61,309 nucleotides of DNA from Vitrella brassicaformis CCMP3155. Its lineage: Eukaryota > Protista > Chromerida. Below, one piece after another: positions 39,022 through 51,478 of the stretch. Positions within the stretch are counted from its first letter, which is position 1. The number at the start of each line of letters is the position of its first letter. The stretch covers positions 1 through 61,309 of the forward strand of contig CDMY01000513.1 of the NCBI GenBank assembly GCA_001179505.1. The letters run 5' to 3'. The translations under genes and the position numbers were made by a program. Below the pieces are notes generated by a model, which saw only the letters and a program-made list of their open reading frames with translations, was not told the origin of the DNA and made no database searches.

Positions 39022-39306
39022 CACCTCAACTGAGAGCCAGACCTGCAGCTGAAGGCAAAAAGAAGACCACACCTGCTTCATGTCTGGAACAGATCAAGCG
39101 GAGCTTCCACTACCTGTCAAGATGCTCAATATCCAAGCGCAACAAGCGCAACGCCGGGTTCTTCGCCTTTGCTGCGAGCTTATCGGTGAGGCGAGCCCTG
39201 GCACCTCAGGCATCGAGTGGCATCGCACAGCCGCCGTTTAGGAGATCGCTGCTCGCGAGGCGCCAGTTTTCGCAGATCTGCTCATCTCTCTCGGAATTCG
39301 CCAGTC

Positions 39307-40917
39307 ATGAGGGCGTTGGTTGCGGTGAAGCGTGTGATAGACTATGCGGTGAAGGTGCGTGTGAAGCCCGACAAGTCAGGAGTGGAGCTGAACAACATCA
39401 AGATGTCGATGAACCCCTTCTGCGAGATAGCTGTGGAGGAGGGCGTCAGGCTCAAGGAGGCTGGAACCCTCTCAGAACTCGTCGCCGTCTCGTGCGGACC
39501 TGACAAGTGAGTGAGCCAACGAGCCAGCCGGCCTGAGGAAAGGCAATCAGACGGGGGTTGTGGGTGTGTGCTGTGTGTCGTGTGTGGTTTTGTGGTCCAG
39601 ATCTCAGGAGAGCTTAAGGCAAGCGCTTGCAATGGGAGCAGATCGGGCTATCCTCCTCAAAACAGGTGCGTGGCACGGCTGTGTCATCGCCAGACCCGTT
39701 GGCTGCACTGCGCATAGGTAGCGCTGTGTGGGTGGGTGTGGTGTATGTCAGATTACCGGACAGACATGGAGCTGCAGCCGTTGGCGGTAGCGAAGCTGCT
39801 CAAGAAGATGGTGGAGAAGGAAGACCCGATGGTCGTGCTACTCGGCAAACAGGTGGGTGTGGCGGGCAAAGAGAAACATGCGACCCGACCCGTGATGGAT
39901 GGATGGATTGATGAAAAATGGTTGTGTCAGGCCATCGATGATGACAGCAACCAGACTGGACAGCTGCTCGCAGGTACCCAACGAGCAAGACGGTGTGAAG
40001 GGGGCCGGGCCGGGCTGGGCTGGCTGTTTCCTGGCTCGTTGCTGAACGTGTCTGTTGTGTGTCTGTGTATCAGGGATGCTTGGGTGGCCTCAGGCGACCT
40101 TTGCTTCCAAGGTGCGCTGCCCACCACTACCTTACTGTCGGCGCGCATGACTCTTTTCTCCCTCCTGCACCTGTTTGTTTCCCTTTTCAGTTGGCGTTCA
40201 ACAGCGGCCTGACAGGAGTGGACGTGACACGTGAGGTGGATGCAGGCCTGCAGACGGTAAGCCGGCTGGTCCTCTCTCGCCCCAATGCATGCCTAGCACG
40301 CAGCCAAGATCATCTTCTGTTCTTTCTTTGTGCCCTCAGATATCGTTGAAGCTTCCATGTGTGGTGACGTGCGACCTGCGGCTCAACCAGCCGCGATACG
40401 CCACACTACCCAACCTGATGAAGGTCAGCCACAACAACAGCCAGACAGCCACAGGCATATTCCACGTGTATGTGTTATGTGCAGGCCAAGAAGAAGCCCC
40501 TCGAGGTGGTGGATGCGGCGTCGCTAGGTGAGTGAAAGAGTCAGTGGCTAGGCCAGGCCGCCTGCAGAGGTACCCATACATTCGGTTGATCCATTGATTC
40601 GCTGGTTGGTTCAGGTGTTGACATGTCACCAAGGCTAGAATACCTGAGGTGGGGAGAACAAAATGACACTTCCAGCCAGCACACTTGACGGGGCGCCCCT
40701 CCCTCCCTCCCTCCCTCCCTCTCTCCACCTTACATGTGGTTCAGTGTTGAGGAGCCGCCGAAGAGGGAAGGAGGCAGGAAGGTATGTCGGCACCCACCCC
40801 GCTAGAACAACCGACCACGATGAAGACACCTTACTGCGTGCGTGCGTGTGCGTTCAGGTCGATTCGGTGGATGAGCTGCTCGACAAGCTGCGAAACGAGG
40901 CCAAAGTGCTGGCATGA
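39307..40917 (+). CDS. ETFB: Electron transfer flavoprotein beta subunit
   Basis: [98 protein letters not shown]. All exon phases checked. Confidence 0.97.
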
Positions 40918-41510
40918 CTCATTGACCTAACCGTGCAATCGCGTATAAGTGTATCGCCCACTCACCTTTTTCGGGTCAGGTCAGAGGGCACGGCACACAC
41001 GCCCGGTGACACACGCACACACATACATAGTTGAGGGTGTACAGATCGACGAGGCATAGCGCAGCGCAGCGCAGCGCAGCCTGGTCGATGGGTGCTTTTG
41101 TCCCTCCCTCTTTTGGTTGGTTGACATGAGCCGTGGGCGGCGTGTGGCGTGCGTGGCGTGGAGTGCGTGTAGCATAGCATAGAGAGCTGGATGGATACCT
41201 GTATCAGACAGTGAGTGGCCGGCCGGGCACTTTGTGGCGCTGATGCATTGAAAGAAGCAATCGGTCTGTGGGCGGGATCAACACTGACCGACTGACTGAC
41301 TAAGTCCATCCGTCCACTGCATGTGTGTATGTATTCGGATTTCTTGTTGCCATTGTCATGTGTTCATTGAGATTAATTCAGCCATGGCCGGGCCTACCCG
41401 ACACGTACACACATGTCCTGTCCGCACACACACCCCATCGGGCGTAGAGAGCAATCGTCAGAGCACCACCACCCACACAAGTCTGTGCACACGCACCACG
41501 GGCTGACCAA

Positions 41511-42378
41511 CTACATCTTTGGCATCGTCTTGAGCAGTCTCTTGCTGCACCCAACCAGCCAGGGAGGGAGGGACACACGCGCACACACACACACACACAG
41601 AAAGACAGAGAGAGAGAGACATATGGAGCCAGCTGTGTGTCTCCTTTTTCTCTCTTCCCTCTCTCCCCATCCAGAGAGCGGCATGGCCTACGCATATTCT
41701 TGGAAGGTGGGCAAGTCGACGTCTTGGTTGGGGAAGGTCATCTCCTTGGCCTCCTCATACTGCTTCATAGAGGAACTCAATGTCATCAAGGCTGAGGGAG
41801 ACAGACAGCAACATCCGTCCACACGCCTCGGTCTCGGTGTCTGTCTGTGCGCCTATCTCCCTTAGTGTGTTGGGCACATACTTTCATACCTTTTCTGCAC
41901 TGTTCCTGTGAGATGAATCCCGAGTTGTTGAGGTCGCTCATCTGAAAGACGGCATCGATCTCAGCGTCCTCAAACACACCGGCCTCCTTCCCCTGTCACA
42001 CCAGGCACCCACATCAGCACAATCCATGCAGGCAATGCATGGCCCGACACGCATCCATACCTCTTCGACGCGTCGTTTCAGCTCCTCGGTGAGGAACTTG
42101 CGAACATCGACGGGCTTGTGGAAGCTCACGGCCGTGCACAAGTCCTGAAGATGGGGAAAAGGGCCAGCAGGGCGCCATCCTGGCGTCGGTTCTGAGGTGC
42201 ATGTACGTCCATTTGTGGCCCGGCCCACCGTGAAGAGCTCCGTGATGCGGTGCTTCTCGAGGTATTCCTCAGCTTTCGCTCGGATGTCTGCACAACGAAA
42301 AGAAGAAAAGGGACACGCTGTCGCCACGGAACTCGTGTAGGGGCTTTTTGTAATGCACAAACCTGTTTTCTCCATCAT
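41511..42378 (-). CDS. Small RIIa/Dpy-30-like docking plus EF-hand protein (EFCAB10-like, flagellar)
   Basis: AEEYLEKHRITELFTDLCTAVSFHKPVDVRKFL (D/D-like helix pair), then IDAVFQMSDLNNSGFISQEQCRKAL (EF-hand loop). Confidence 0.75.
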
Positions 42379-42452
42379 TCCCTGCCAACGGTTCAGCCGT
42401 TTGATTGAGTGCGAGCCGGAAGAAGATCGTAGGCAAAAGGAATGTGATGCCA

Positions 42453-44187
42453 ATGGAGCGTAGAGATAACGCAGCCGCTGCAGCAGCGGCCGCTGACAAT
42501 GCCAACGCCAATGCCGCCAGACACCACGCCAGGTGAGATTGACAACACAATGTGCAATGTGGCTCATCTGTGTGGTCTGTGTGTGCAACATTCGTCAGGG
42601 GTGAGCGGCGTGTGGAGCTGCGACGTCGGACGGAGATGTGTAGGGAGCTGCCCGAGGCCGATGTGGAGGCGATGGACGAGATGGTTGAGGAGGACGCCGA
42701 GGCGCTGGAGGAGATAGAGAAAGACGATACCAACACGCTCGCGACGTCATGTGCATACGGTAAGGGGCAGGTCGTCGGGATGCATGGAGATCTGTGTGGC
42801 ATGGGCTCGGTGTGTGGTCTGTGGGTCTGTGTGTGTTTGCAGGTGCGACGGTTGCGAATGTGGTCAACAAGAGCACTCAGAAGCTGTTTGACGACGAGGC
42901 AGCCAAGCGGCATCATGCCTTCCTCTATGAGCTGCTCGCAAAGTACCGGTGAGCTCCCACCCAAGTCCTGCTGATGGATGTGTGTGTGTTTGCCCATTCG
43001 TCGTGTGCTGTCAGTTGTGCCAACGGTGACGGTGTAGATTTCGTTGCCGTGTCCAAGGCCATCGGGGGCGACTGCGTGCCCCGGTTCGTCCCCTGCCGCC
43101 TCGACAGTATGCTGGCAGCACTCGAAGTGGAGAAGAAGCCCAAAAAGGTGGCGCCTCACCTCACCACCCAAAGGACCAGGCTCCATGTCAGTGTGCTTGT
43201 GGATGGACGGTGTAGAAACCCAATCCGCGCAGGAAGGACAGGGTCGCTGCTGCCCGGACACTCGAGGCGGCGGAGAACAGAGCAGGCGACGCCACCACTG
43301 AAACATACAACAAGGTGAGACGATATATAGACCGACGCGGCCCTCGTGTTTGTGTGATGGATGTGTCCGTCCATGTGGCGTGTGTGCCTGTGGTCAGGCC
43401 ATGGGTATGTTGTCGGTGCTCAAGAAGCTGCATCAGGAGATGGAGGGCGGCGTGCCCATGTGGCTGTTCGTCATAGACCCACGACCAGAAATAGTGAGGG
43501 CTGAGGAGCACGCCAGCCGCATCACCACGCTCTGATCGATGTCTATGCATGGCTGTGTGTGCATGGGTCCTGCAGGGTTTTGACAGCTCCGTGCACAACC
43601 TGTTCCTGCAGGGGATGCTGCTGAAGCGGGGCTGGGCCCGGCACGTCGTCAAGGACGGCCGCCCATACATCGAACCCATGGACGACGGCGACAACCCCAA
43701 CGGACCCCAGGTAAGGACAGACACAGAGCGACCACCGCACCGCACGGCAGACAATCTGCCCAGACCGCACAGCACACATGCGCCATGTATGTGTGTGTGT
43801 GTGTGTCTGCAGGGGGCCCACCAGGGTGTGAGTCACCAGAACATCATCGGCGGCTTCACCGAGCGCAGATGGCAGCAGCTTTGCGCATCCCTGGGCCTCA
43901 CCGACAACGACCCGCCCCTGTTCAACTACGACGCCTACCAGCAAGAAGAGCACCCAGACGCGGAGCCACAGCAGCCGGAGGCCGACATGGACATGGACAT
44001 GGGGGAAGAGGAGGCGCCATCGGACCATCGCAGCAGCGACAGCGCGGGGTCGCGGCGGAGCAGGAAGCGCCGAAAGAAGGGAGGGCAGTCGGCGGGTGAC
44101 GGCACTGCGCGAGGCAGGGGTCGTCGTGGGGTCAAGAAGGAGCGTGACGGTGTGGTCAAGATGGAAGAGGAGGAGGAAGACGAGTGA
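42453..44187 (+). CDS. NSE4: NSE4/EID-family kleisin subunit of SMC5/6
   Basis: Spliced WLFVIDPRPEIGFDSSVHNLFLQGMLLKRGWARHVVKDGRPYI..HQNIIGGFTERRWQQLCASLGL resembles the Nse4 C-terminal pattern FxFVxNPxSFxQTVENxFxLSFLxKxG..QxVxxxxxxxWxxL. An N-terminal charged helix ERRVELRRRT is present. Confidence 0.65.
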
Positions 44188-44402
44188 TCTGCATGCATGA
44201 TAGATTGCCAGGGCCGATAGCAGACAGTGGTTGGTGTGTACAGTGGTTGGAGAGCATAGATGCGTACGTATGATTGGATGGATATGGCGCTTATCTCACG
44301 AGGTCAGGGGAAAGATCCGCATGCAGTGCAGTGCATGCACTGGGGGGCACCCCCGCTCTGCCCCCGCCTCACTTCAGTCTCCCAACCATCAGCGCACATC
44401 CC

Positions 44403-46270
44403 ATGGCGTCCACCGCAGGTCCTGTGACGGGCGTGGCAGCAGCCCTCAACCCCGATGTCCCTCCACCAGGCGCTTTCTCCAACAGCAACCTCCCAGTCAA
44501 CACACCAATGCTGCGGCATCACCTCAGCCCTGACGAGAAGGAGGCCATTGACGTCAACAGGCGGCGGGAATACGAGGCCGAGAGGAAGAAGCGCATCTTT
44601 GATCCCAAGATACGGACCATTGGCATCGACAAAGAGGCGCTGGACCGCCAAGTTGCAGAGAAACAGGTCAGACGGCATTGCATATGGGGCCGCATTGTGG
44701 ATGCGTTTTGGTCTATGTCCAGGCCCGGAAGGAGAAGGAGAGAGACGAGGAGCGGCTGTATGCCCAGCAGACACTCTACTACGATGCCGTGCTCAAGAGA
44801 CAGGTGAGGTCGCAGGGGGCACTTTGCAATGGCCTGGAGCTCTGTGCAGGGCATGACGGCGTTGTGTGTCGTCAGGAGATCGAGAAGCGTCGCCTGAAGC
44901 GTCAGGTAGAGGAGGAGGGCAAGACATTCTCACTCACTCAGCTGCGACGGGAGCAAAGGAGGGGTGAGACCGAACAGTGACAGAACACAAGCACCCCGAT
45001 GGACACACTGGTGTGTGTGTGTGTGTGCGTGTATGTGTGCAGAGTATGACCTGGACGACAAGGACCGCGTCAAGAAATACCATGAGCCGCCAGAGGAGAA
45101 ATATGGCGCCTCATCTGTCCAGGCAACCACACACACACATCCATTGCCATGCCCAACAATCGCTGCTTCTTGTGTGGATGGGTGTGGCTCTCCTTGTCGT
45201 GTGTCATTGCAGGTCTTGGCGGGTGAGGACCGTGCGGCGGCCGAGCGCAAGAAGCTTCAGCAGAAGCAGGTGCGCGACTGGGTCGCCCAGCAGAAGTTCG
45301 AAAAGGAGATCATCAAGAAGGCCGAGCAAGACGAAGACAAGGAATGGGGTAGCCGGATGACGGGGCCATCGTACATGCGTGTCTGCCCTCGTCTGTCTGT
45401 CTGTCTGTCTGTGCGTCTGTGATGCAGGTGTGCAGGCCATCAAGACGGCAGAGCTGATGTATGCCGTTGAGGACCAGCAGAAAGCCGCCCGTCGTCAGCT
45501 GCAGTGCGAGACGTCTGAAGCCAACAAGCAGACGGCGCTCTGCAGACTCGAGGAGACACTCAAAGGACGGCTCACGAGACAGGTTCAAACACCCATATGC
45601 CGTATGAACACAAGAGCACACATGACATCACATGGCTGGTTGGTTCAGGATGACGACAACAAGGAGTTGATCAACCAGTACACCGACCCGTATCTCGCCG
45701 ACGGCCGCCTCGACCTCACGGGGCACGTCAACGTCAACGACGGGCCAGGCGACACCAACCCTGCAGGCCTCGAGCCGGGAGACGCGGCCGTCATCGGCAC
45801 TCTCAGGGACGGCTTCAAGGGCACCACACGCAAACAGAGACAGGTAGGTATTACCCTTATGTGTGTCTGTGGGATGGATGGATGGACGGGTGGATTGATG
45901 TGTGCAGTCGTGTTTGGAGGAGAATTTGCGTATGTGGCGCGAGAAGGAGGAGCAGAAGCAGCGTGAGATGGACGAGGAGCTGCAGTGGGCCCGGCAGCAC
46001 GAGGCCAACAGGAAACTCCAGGTCGCTGTCGAGAGGGAGAAACAGCGACTCGCTCAGAGGGTGGGTGACACACGAAGACAAGGCACCGGCTTCGCGGTAG
46101 CAAAGCCTATTCTTTGAATTGCGTGGTGTCAGGTTCGTTATGACGTGCGTCACACGAACGCTGGTTTGGGCAAGCAGCAGCAGGACACCCAGACCTACCT
46201 CAAGAAGGAGCTCTACACCAACCCGCCCTCGGAGGATTACTTCAACTACTTCGGCACTACCACCAGATGA
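44403..46270 (+). CDS. RIB43A: RIB43A-family flagellar microtubule inner (ribbon) protein
   Basis: RRREYEAERKKRIFDPKIRTIGIDKEALDRQVAEK, GASSVQVLAGED and the C-terminal YTNPPSEDYFNYFGTTTR*. Confidence 0.92.
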
Positions 46271-46959
46271 ATGGACAAACTGCTGTACCATGCAGAACTA
46301 GCGCGAGCATGGGACAATGGATGGCATGGATGGCCATCTATGCTGGACCCTCTCTGTCACATGAACCCAACAAACTACCCACCAGGCCATGTCTCACACA
46401 CATGCAGCCAGCATACCGACTTTCGAACATAGAAATGTCTCTTGTGCCAAAGGTTATGCCTTCGCAAGAACGCTATGGAATGCATCGTTGCAGCCGACAC
46501 CGACTTGAGCCGGCGACTTGGCCTTTAGCTGCGGGAGGGACGCTCCCCGCTTTATCCATTGGTCGATCTGACTGCCGGACGAGAACGGAGTGAGTTGTCA
46601 TGCACCTTATGAGCGACGACTAAGGGCGGCTGGATACACTTCATTCACCGTCCATCAGCATGACGTGTTCGTGCGGGTGTCCCGCATCATCACGAATCAT
46701 GATGCACATAAATCCATACACACATACACGCAGCAAACAACGAAACCATCCGGCCCTCTCTGCTGTCACTGTCTTGTCAGCTGACGACAGACGCCTTACT
46801 TATCAGAAATTCAGTCGCCCATTGACTGATTGACTGACTGACTGACTGATGGGCTGCACCACGTACGAGTGAATGAATGAATGAATGGGCCATCCATCGA
46901 AGGACCTGACTATATCAGGAATGGAAAACCTGCCTGCCTTTCTCCGCCGTCCCATCCTA

Positions 46960-48042
46960 CTATATCTGCGGCACAGCCGCCCCTTGCGGCACCGCAGCAC
47001 TCAAGCCCCTCTGCTGCTCCTCCATTGCCCTCTCTTGCGCCCGCAACTGCTGCTTGTACTGGCCGGGGGAGACCCTCTCGTCATCAGGCACGCTCCAGAT
47101 GTTGACCCGCCGCTGTTTGGCCCGCTGCTCGAGCGACTCGAGTGTGTCCTTGTTGCCGTTGTACTCGGCCCCACCGCCCCGATAGATGACAGCCAGCCCG
47201 TTGTCCACCAGCTCCTGCGACACGTCGACGGCACCGCCTCCGAAGAACAGGAAGGCGGGCGGCTTCTGGTAGGTCACGGCGGCAATTGCACGCCCGTACT
47301 GGTCTCGACGGAGCAGCTTCACCTGCACACACGACCACACCCACCATGCCATACAATGGCACAGGTGTGTGAGTGTCGGTTCCGCTGACCTCAACGAGCT
47401 GGTCTTGTAGCCGCTCTTTGACGAACGCCTTTGCCTCCTCGCCATAGGGCTGCCCTGCATTGCCGAACTTGGCTGTCTCGGGCGTGTCGACGCCATACAG
47501 GCGGATGGAGAGGGTGGTGTCCCGCAGCCGACCCTTCTCGTCCTGGGCGCCGCCGCCGCGCCCCACGTCCACCACGTGGCGGCATCTGATGGTGTCGCCG
47601 TCGGCTACATTGACCACACGACAAGCCAGCTTGGCCTTCTTGTTGAACTGTTCTGCGGGAATGTCGTCCACCGTCCTGACACACACAACATGACACCCAT
47701 AACACAAAGCACGTCAGCAGATCTGGTGTTTTGTCTCTTCCCTGCTTACTTGTAGAGCGTTGTTGAGGCGTCTGCATCACCTGGCAACACGACGCACAAG
47801 CCAGACACCGCCAATGAGCCCTCAGCGATGCGCCGCTCCCACAGTGAGCGTCGGCATGAAACAACAGATGCATCATCGGCATGACTGTGTGCACACAACG
47901 TCACGTGTGGTGGACGGCTGCCATGGCGTGCAGGCGGGGACAGTGCAGCAGGCCTCAAGAAGCCATGAGCAAGATGCAAGACTGAGAGAGCGAGCAGGAA
48001 GAGGAACTTGCCTGTTGGTGCAGAGGAGATGCAGCTGCCCAT
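46960..48042 (-). CDS. Staphylococcal-nuclease-fold endonuclease (LCL3/thermonuclease type) with long targeting leader
   Basis: Catalytic-type motifs VADGDT, IRLYGVDTPETAKFG..QPYGEEAK, DQYGR and AKQRRVNIWS. Exon 1 (48042-47750) splices in phase 2 to TVDDIPAEQF. Confidence 0.9.
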
Positions 48043-48239
48043 GGATGGGAGATCTGCGGTCCAAGGGCGCGAGCTGAGAAGAAAAGACGATCGCGAAAAC
48101 CGACTCGGAAGCAAACGATGAGTAAGAGGTTGAGAGATAGGTTGCGAAGCGTACGAGCTCGTCTGTACGGTCGAGCCATGAGTAAGAAAACCCAAGCCGA
48201 CTCGTCCGGGGTGAGCCACAACCAATCCCGCCTGATGCA

Positions 48240-51090
48240 ATGTGGACGCTGATGGATGCTGCTGTGTCGTGCTCTTTGTGGGTGCAGCCATCGCACCCGG
48301 TCGGCCTCGATAGCGTTTCATTCCAGCTGACGGACCTTGGAGAAACGTTACTACAGAGCCTCTACGCGCTACGTGACAGGGTCAGTACCGCACCGAATCT
48401 CTCATCATGCATCTCGCATTCATCCACACCAAACGCACTTAGAAGGCAGCGCACGTGCTTCCATTCCTTCCATATCTCACCATCCTTTGCTGATGCGGAC
48501 GGGTGGTACCTACTTGCAGATTAAGGTGGTAGCTGAGTTGATCGGAGCGGCAGAAGGCTCGAGCTCGTCGCAGGCCGAGAACAGCGCGTCAGAGGTGAGA
48601 CCACACACCAGCCATGACACACACAAGCAGAAGCACACGCACCCATGGATGGATGGTCCTCTGTTGTGGTTGCCGCTGGCTTTTTTGCCTCCTATCAGCG
48701 TGTTGATGCTCAGCGTGCTGTGCTGCTGAGTGTCGTCGAGAAGCTCAGGGCCAGCCACGACCCATCCAAGATAGCATCGGTGGTACAGCTGGCCAACGCC
48801 AAATGCGACCTCATCACCGCCATGATAGAGCAGCCGGTACACAACACCCCTTGACTGTCGGAGCTGACAACACAACACACACATTGACGGTTATCCTTTG
48901 TGCGCATGTGCGTGCATCAGGCATTGTTCGTATCGCCCCTCATGACGCTGCCCGAGGGCTTTCTGACCAGCCACATCGGACCCCATCTCGGCACCAAGGA
49001 CATCATCACTCGGCTGGCCCCCACACATCCATACCTGCACACCACCTCCCGCAAACCCGCCATGCACAAGACGCTCCAGCTCAAGTGCAAGGACTTCTGC
49101 AGCAAGGTCAAGGTGACCAAAAAGCAGGTGTCTGTGTGGGGGCCCGCCTTCAGCCAGACCCAGCAAGCCACAATGGTGTGTCTGCCCAGCCGGGGAGTGC
49201 TGGCGCTGCTCGAGCACGCCAGCAGCACCCTGGAGGAGCTACACGCGTGGCCGGATGTGAGTTGCCCGCGCTCACTGGAGTCACTGCCCAAGGCCGGGAA
49301 GCCCACGCCGCGACGGGGAGATGACGAGGTGGTTTTCCCCAAGCTGGTGCGTGTCAAGGTGGCGGGGTGGTGGATCACTGTCGCCAACAAACGGCGGTGG
49401 AAGCCAATGTAAGTGAGGGAGGGGGGGGGGGGGGGATGGTCGGGTTGGCTTACTTTGGTTGATGGTTGGTTGTGATGTCAGGTCGCTCGTCGACGTGCAT
49501 CTGCGTGACATGTATGGCGACATGCCCGTCAGCCCTGCCTCTGCCCCGATGTGTTCGGGCAACGGCGGCGATGCGTGCACGGCATGGCTGGCGGGCCCCG
49601 GGCCACACAGCCTGACCCTCGAGGCGGGGTGGGACGGCTGGGAGCTTAGCAATATCCAGAACATGGTGAAGCCGTCCATCAAGTGAGTGAGGGGACAACG
49701 AATGTTTGTGTGGATGAATGACAGACCCCACCCTTGCCGGCTCCCTGTATGTGTGCAGGCAGCTCCGTGGCGTCGAGTGGGAGGGGGGCTGGGAGACGAT
49801 CGCCGCGAGCGGGCTGCAGCTGGAGGAGTTCCACGCGACCGTCACATTCATCAACGATCATACGCTCGAGGTGCGTGCGGGAGAGGCGAACGGGAGGCTC
49901 AACTGGTGGTATGATGTATGGGCTGTCTCTTCGTGTGTCTGCTGTCAGGATTTGGACTCATTTCGGACGGTGTGCATCGCGCCCAACGGCACCATCAACT
50001 TCACGTGCACCCCGTGCCACCCCTACTTCTGTAGCTTCGACATCATGCGAGCCTACCCCTCGTGCACAGCCCTCATCATCTCCCTCGCAGCTGCCGTCAA
50101 GACGGTCGTGTTTCCCTCTGGGCTAGCTCAGGGACAGGCAGTGCCGCCTGTTGTGCTGTATGGCCTCCCTCAGCTGGTCTTCTCCCAGACCGAGACCCTG
50201 CACCTGAGCAGTGCAGGTCCTGGCTCTCGCCCTCTGCCTGACCTTCTGCTGTCGGGCCTGTCTGATAGCCATTTCCCTAGCGTGACCACTCTCGGCCTGG
50301 GGCAGGCAAAGGGGATTAGGGAGGAGGCAGTGAGCAAGGCCACCGCTCTCAAGTCGCTGACAGAGGTGCGCTTCGAGAGAAATGGTGCTGTGCTTGCGCC
50401 GTTTTTCTTCCCTCGCTGCCTCGGTGTGTGCAGCAAGTCAGGCCCCCTGCTGCACGTGATAGCTGAGTATGGCTCCAAGGTGTGTTTCAACACGGGCGTA
50501 TGGTCTCTGTGGGAGGGCGGGGCGGGGGCGGGGCTGGGAGCAGTAGCGATGGGCGTCAGAGAGGCATGGAGGGGCGTGTGCGAAAGATAAGTGTAGTTGC
50601 GGGCTGTGGGGCGGGGCCGAGCGAGGAGGACGGGTCGGGGGTCTTGGCGGTGTGTCTACAGGCCATTCGCAAGTGCCCCTTCCTCCACTCGATTGCCTTC
50701 GGCCGCCATGAGGACTCACTCCACCAGCTAGGAGGCTACACGCAGGCAGTTCAGAGCCAGCTGCTCTCGCGTGGGTTTGTGGCTCTGAAGAAGGAGTCGT
50801 TTGTGCCTGAGGAGTGGTTTGTGCCTGTTCTTGCCAGGCCCCACCCCGAGATGTGTCGCGTGTTTGGCTGCCTCTTCCCCCTGCACCTGTATGAGCACGT
50901 GAGTGACCTCTCTCCATCTGCCGTTTACGCGCCTCGCGTGACGATGGATGACAGTGTGTCAGTGCCTGAGGTCGTTTTGGCTCGTGCCGGCCTCCACTTC
51001 CCCCGTTGCGTGTCGCGCCACCTGCACAAGGAATGGGAGGGAGGCATGAGAAATCGCGTGGCACTCGAACTCCATGAACTGTCTGAATGA
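48240..51090 (+). CDS. Lineage-expanded F-box-like/LRR-like hypothetical protein; frame change near 50.5 kb
   Basis: LMTLPEGFLTSHIGPHLGTKDIITRLAPTHPYL is an F-box-like signature, followed by degenerate LxxLxL repeats. The two long ORFs (49718-50590 and 50482-51090) are in different frames. Confidence 0.55.
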
Positions 51091-51178
51091 TTCTCATGTA
51101 TGTACAGATATGGCTGCCTAGCTGGCTGGATGTAATCGACAGATGGCTGCGTGATCCTCGGTATGGGGGTGATCATGG

Positions 51179-51478
51179 NNNNNNNNNNNNNNNNNNNNNN
51201 NNNNNNNNNNNNNNNNNNNNNNNNNNNNNNNNNNNNNNNNNNNNNNNNNNNNNNNNNNNNNNNNNNNNNNNNNNNNNNNNNNNNNNNNNNNNNNNNNNNN
51301 NNNNNNNNNNNNNNNNNNNNNNNNNNNNNNNNNNNNNNNNNNNNNNNNNNNNNNNNNNNNNNNNNNNNNNNNNNNNNNNNNNNNNNNNNNNNNNNNNNNN
51401 NNNNNNNNNNNNNNNNNNNNNNNNNNNNNNNNNNNNNNNNNNNNNNNNNNNNNNNNNNNNNNNNNNNNNNNNNNNNNN
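51179..51478. other. Assembly gap (300 N)
   Basis: Run of N. Confidence 1.

Noticed and set aside
39307-40917. ETF-beta lacking a mitochondrial presequence, or bacterial contamination
   Set aside because: ETF-beta normally has no cleavable presequence, and the gene has multiple host-style introns.
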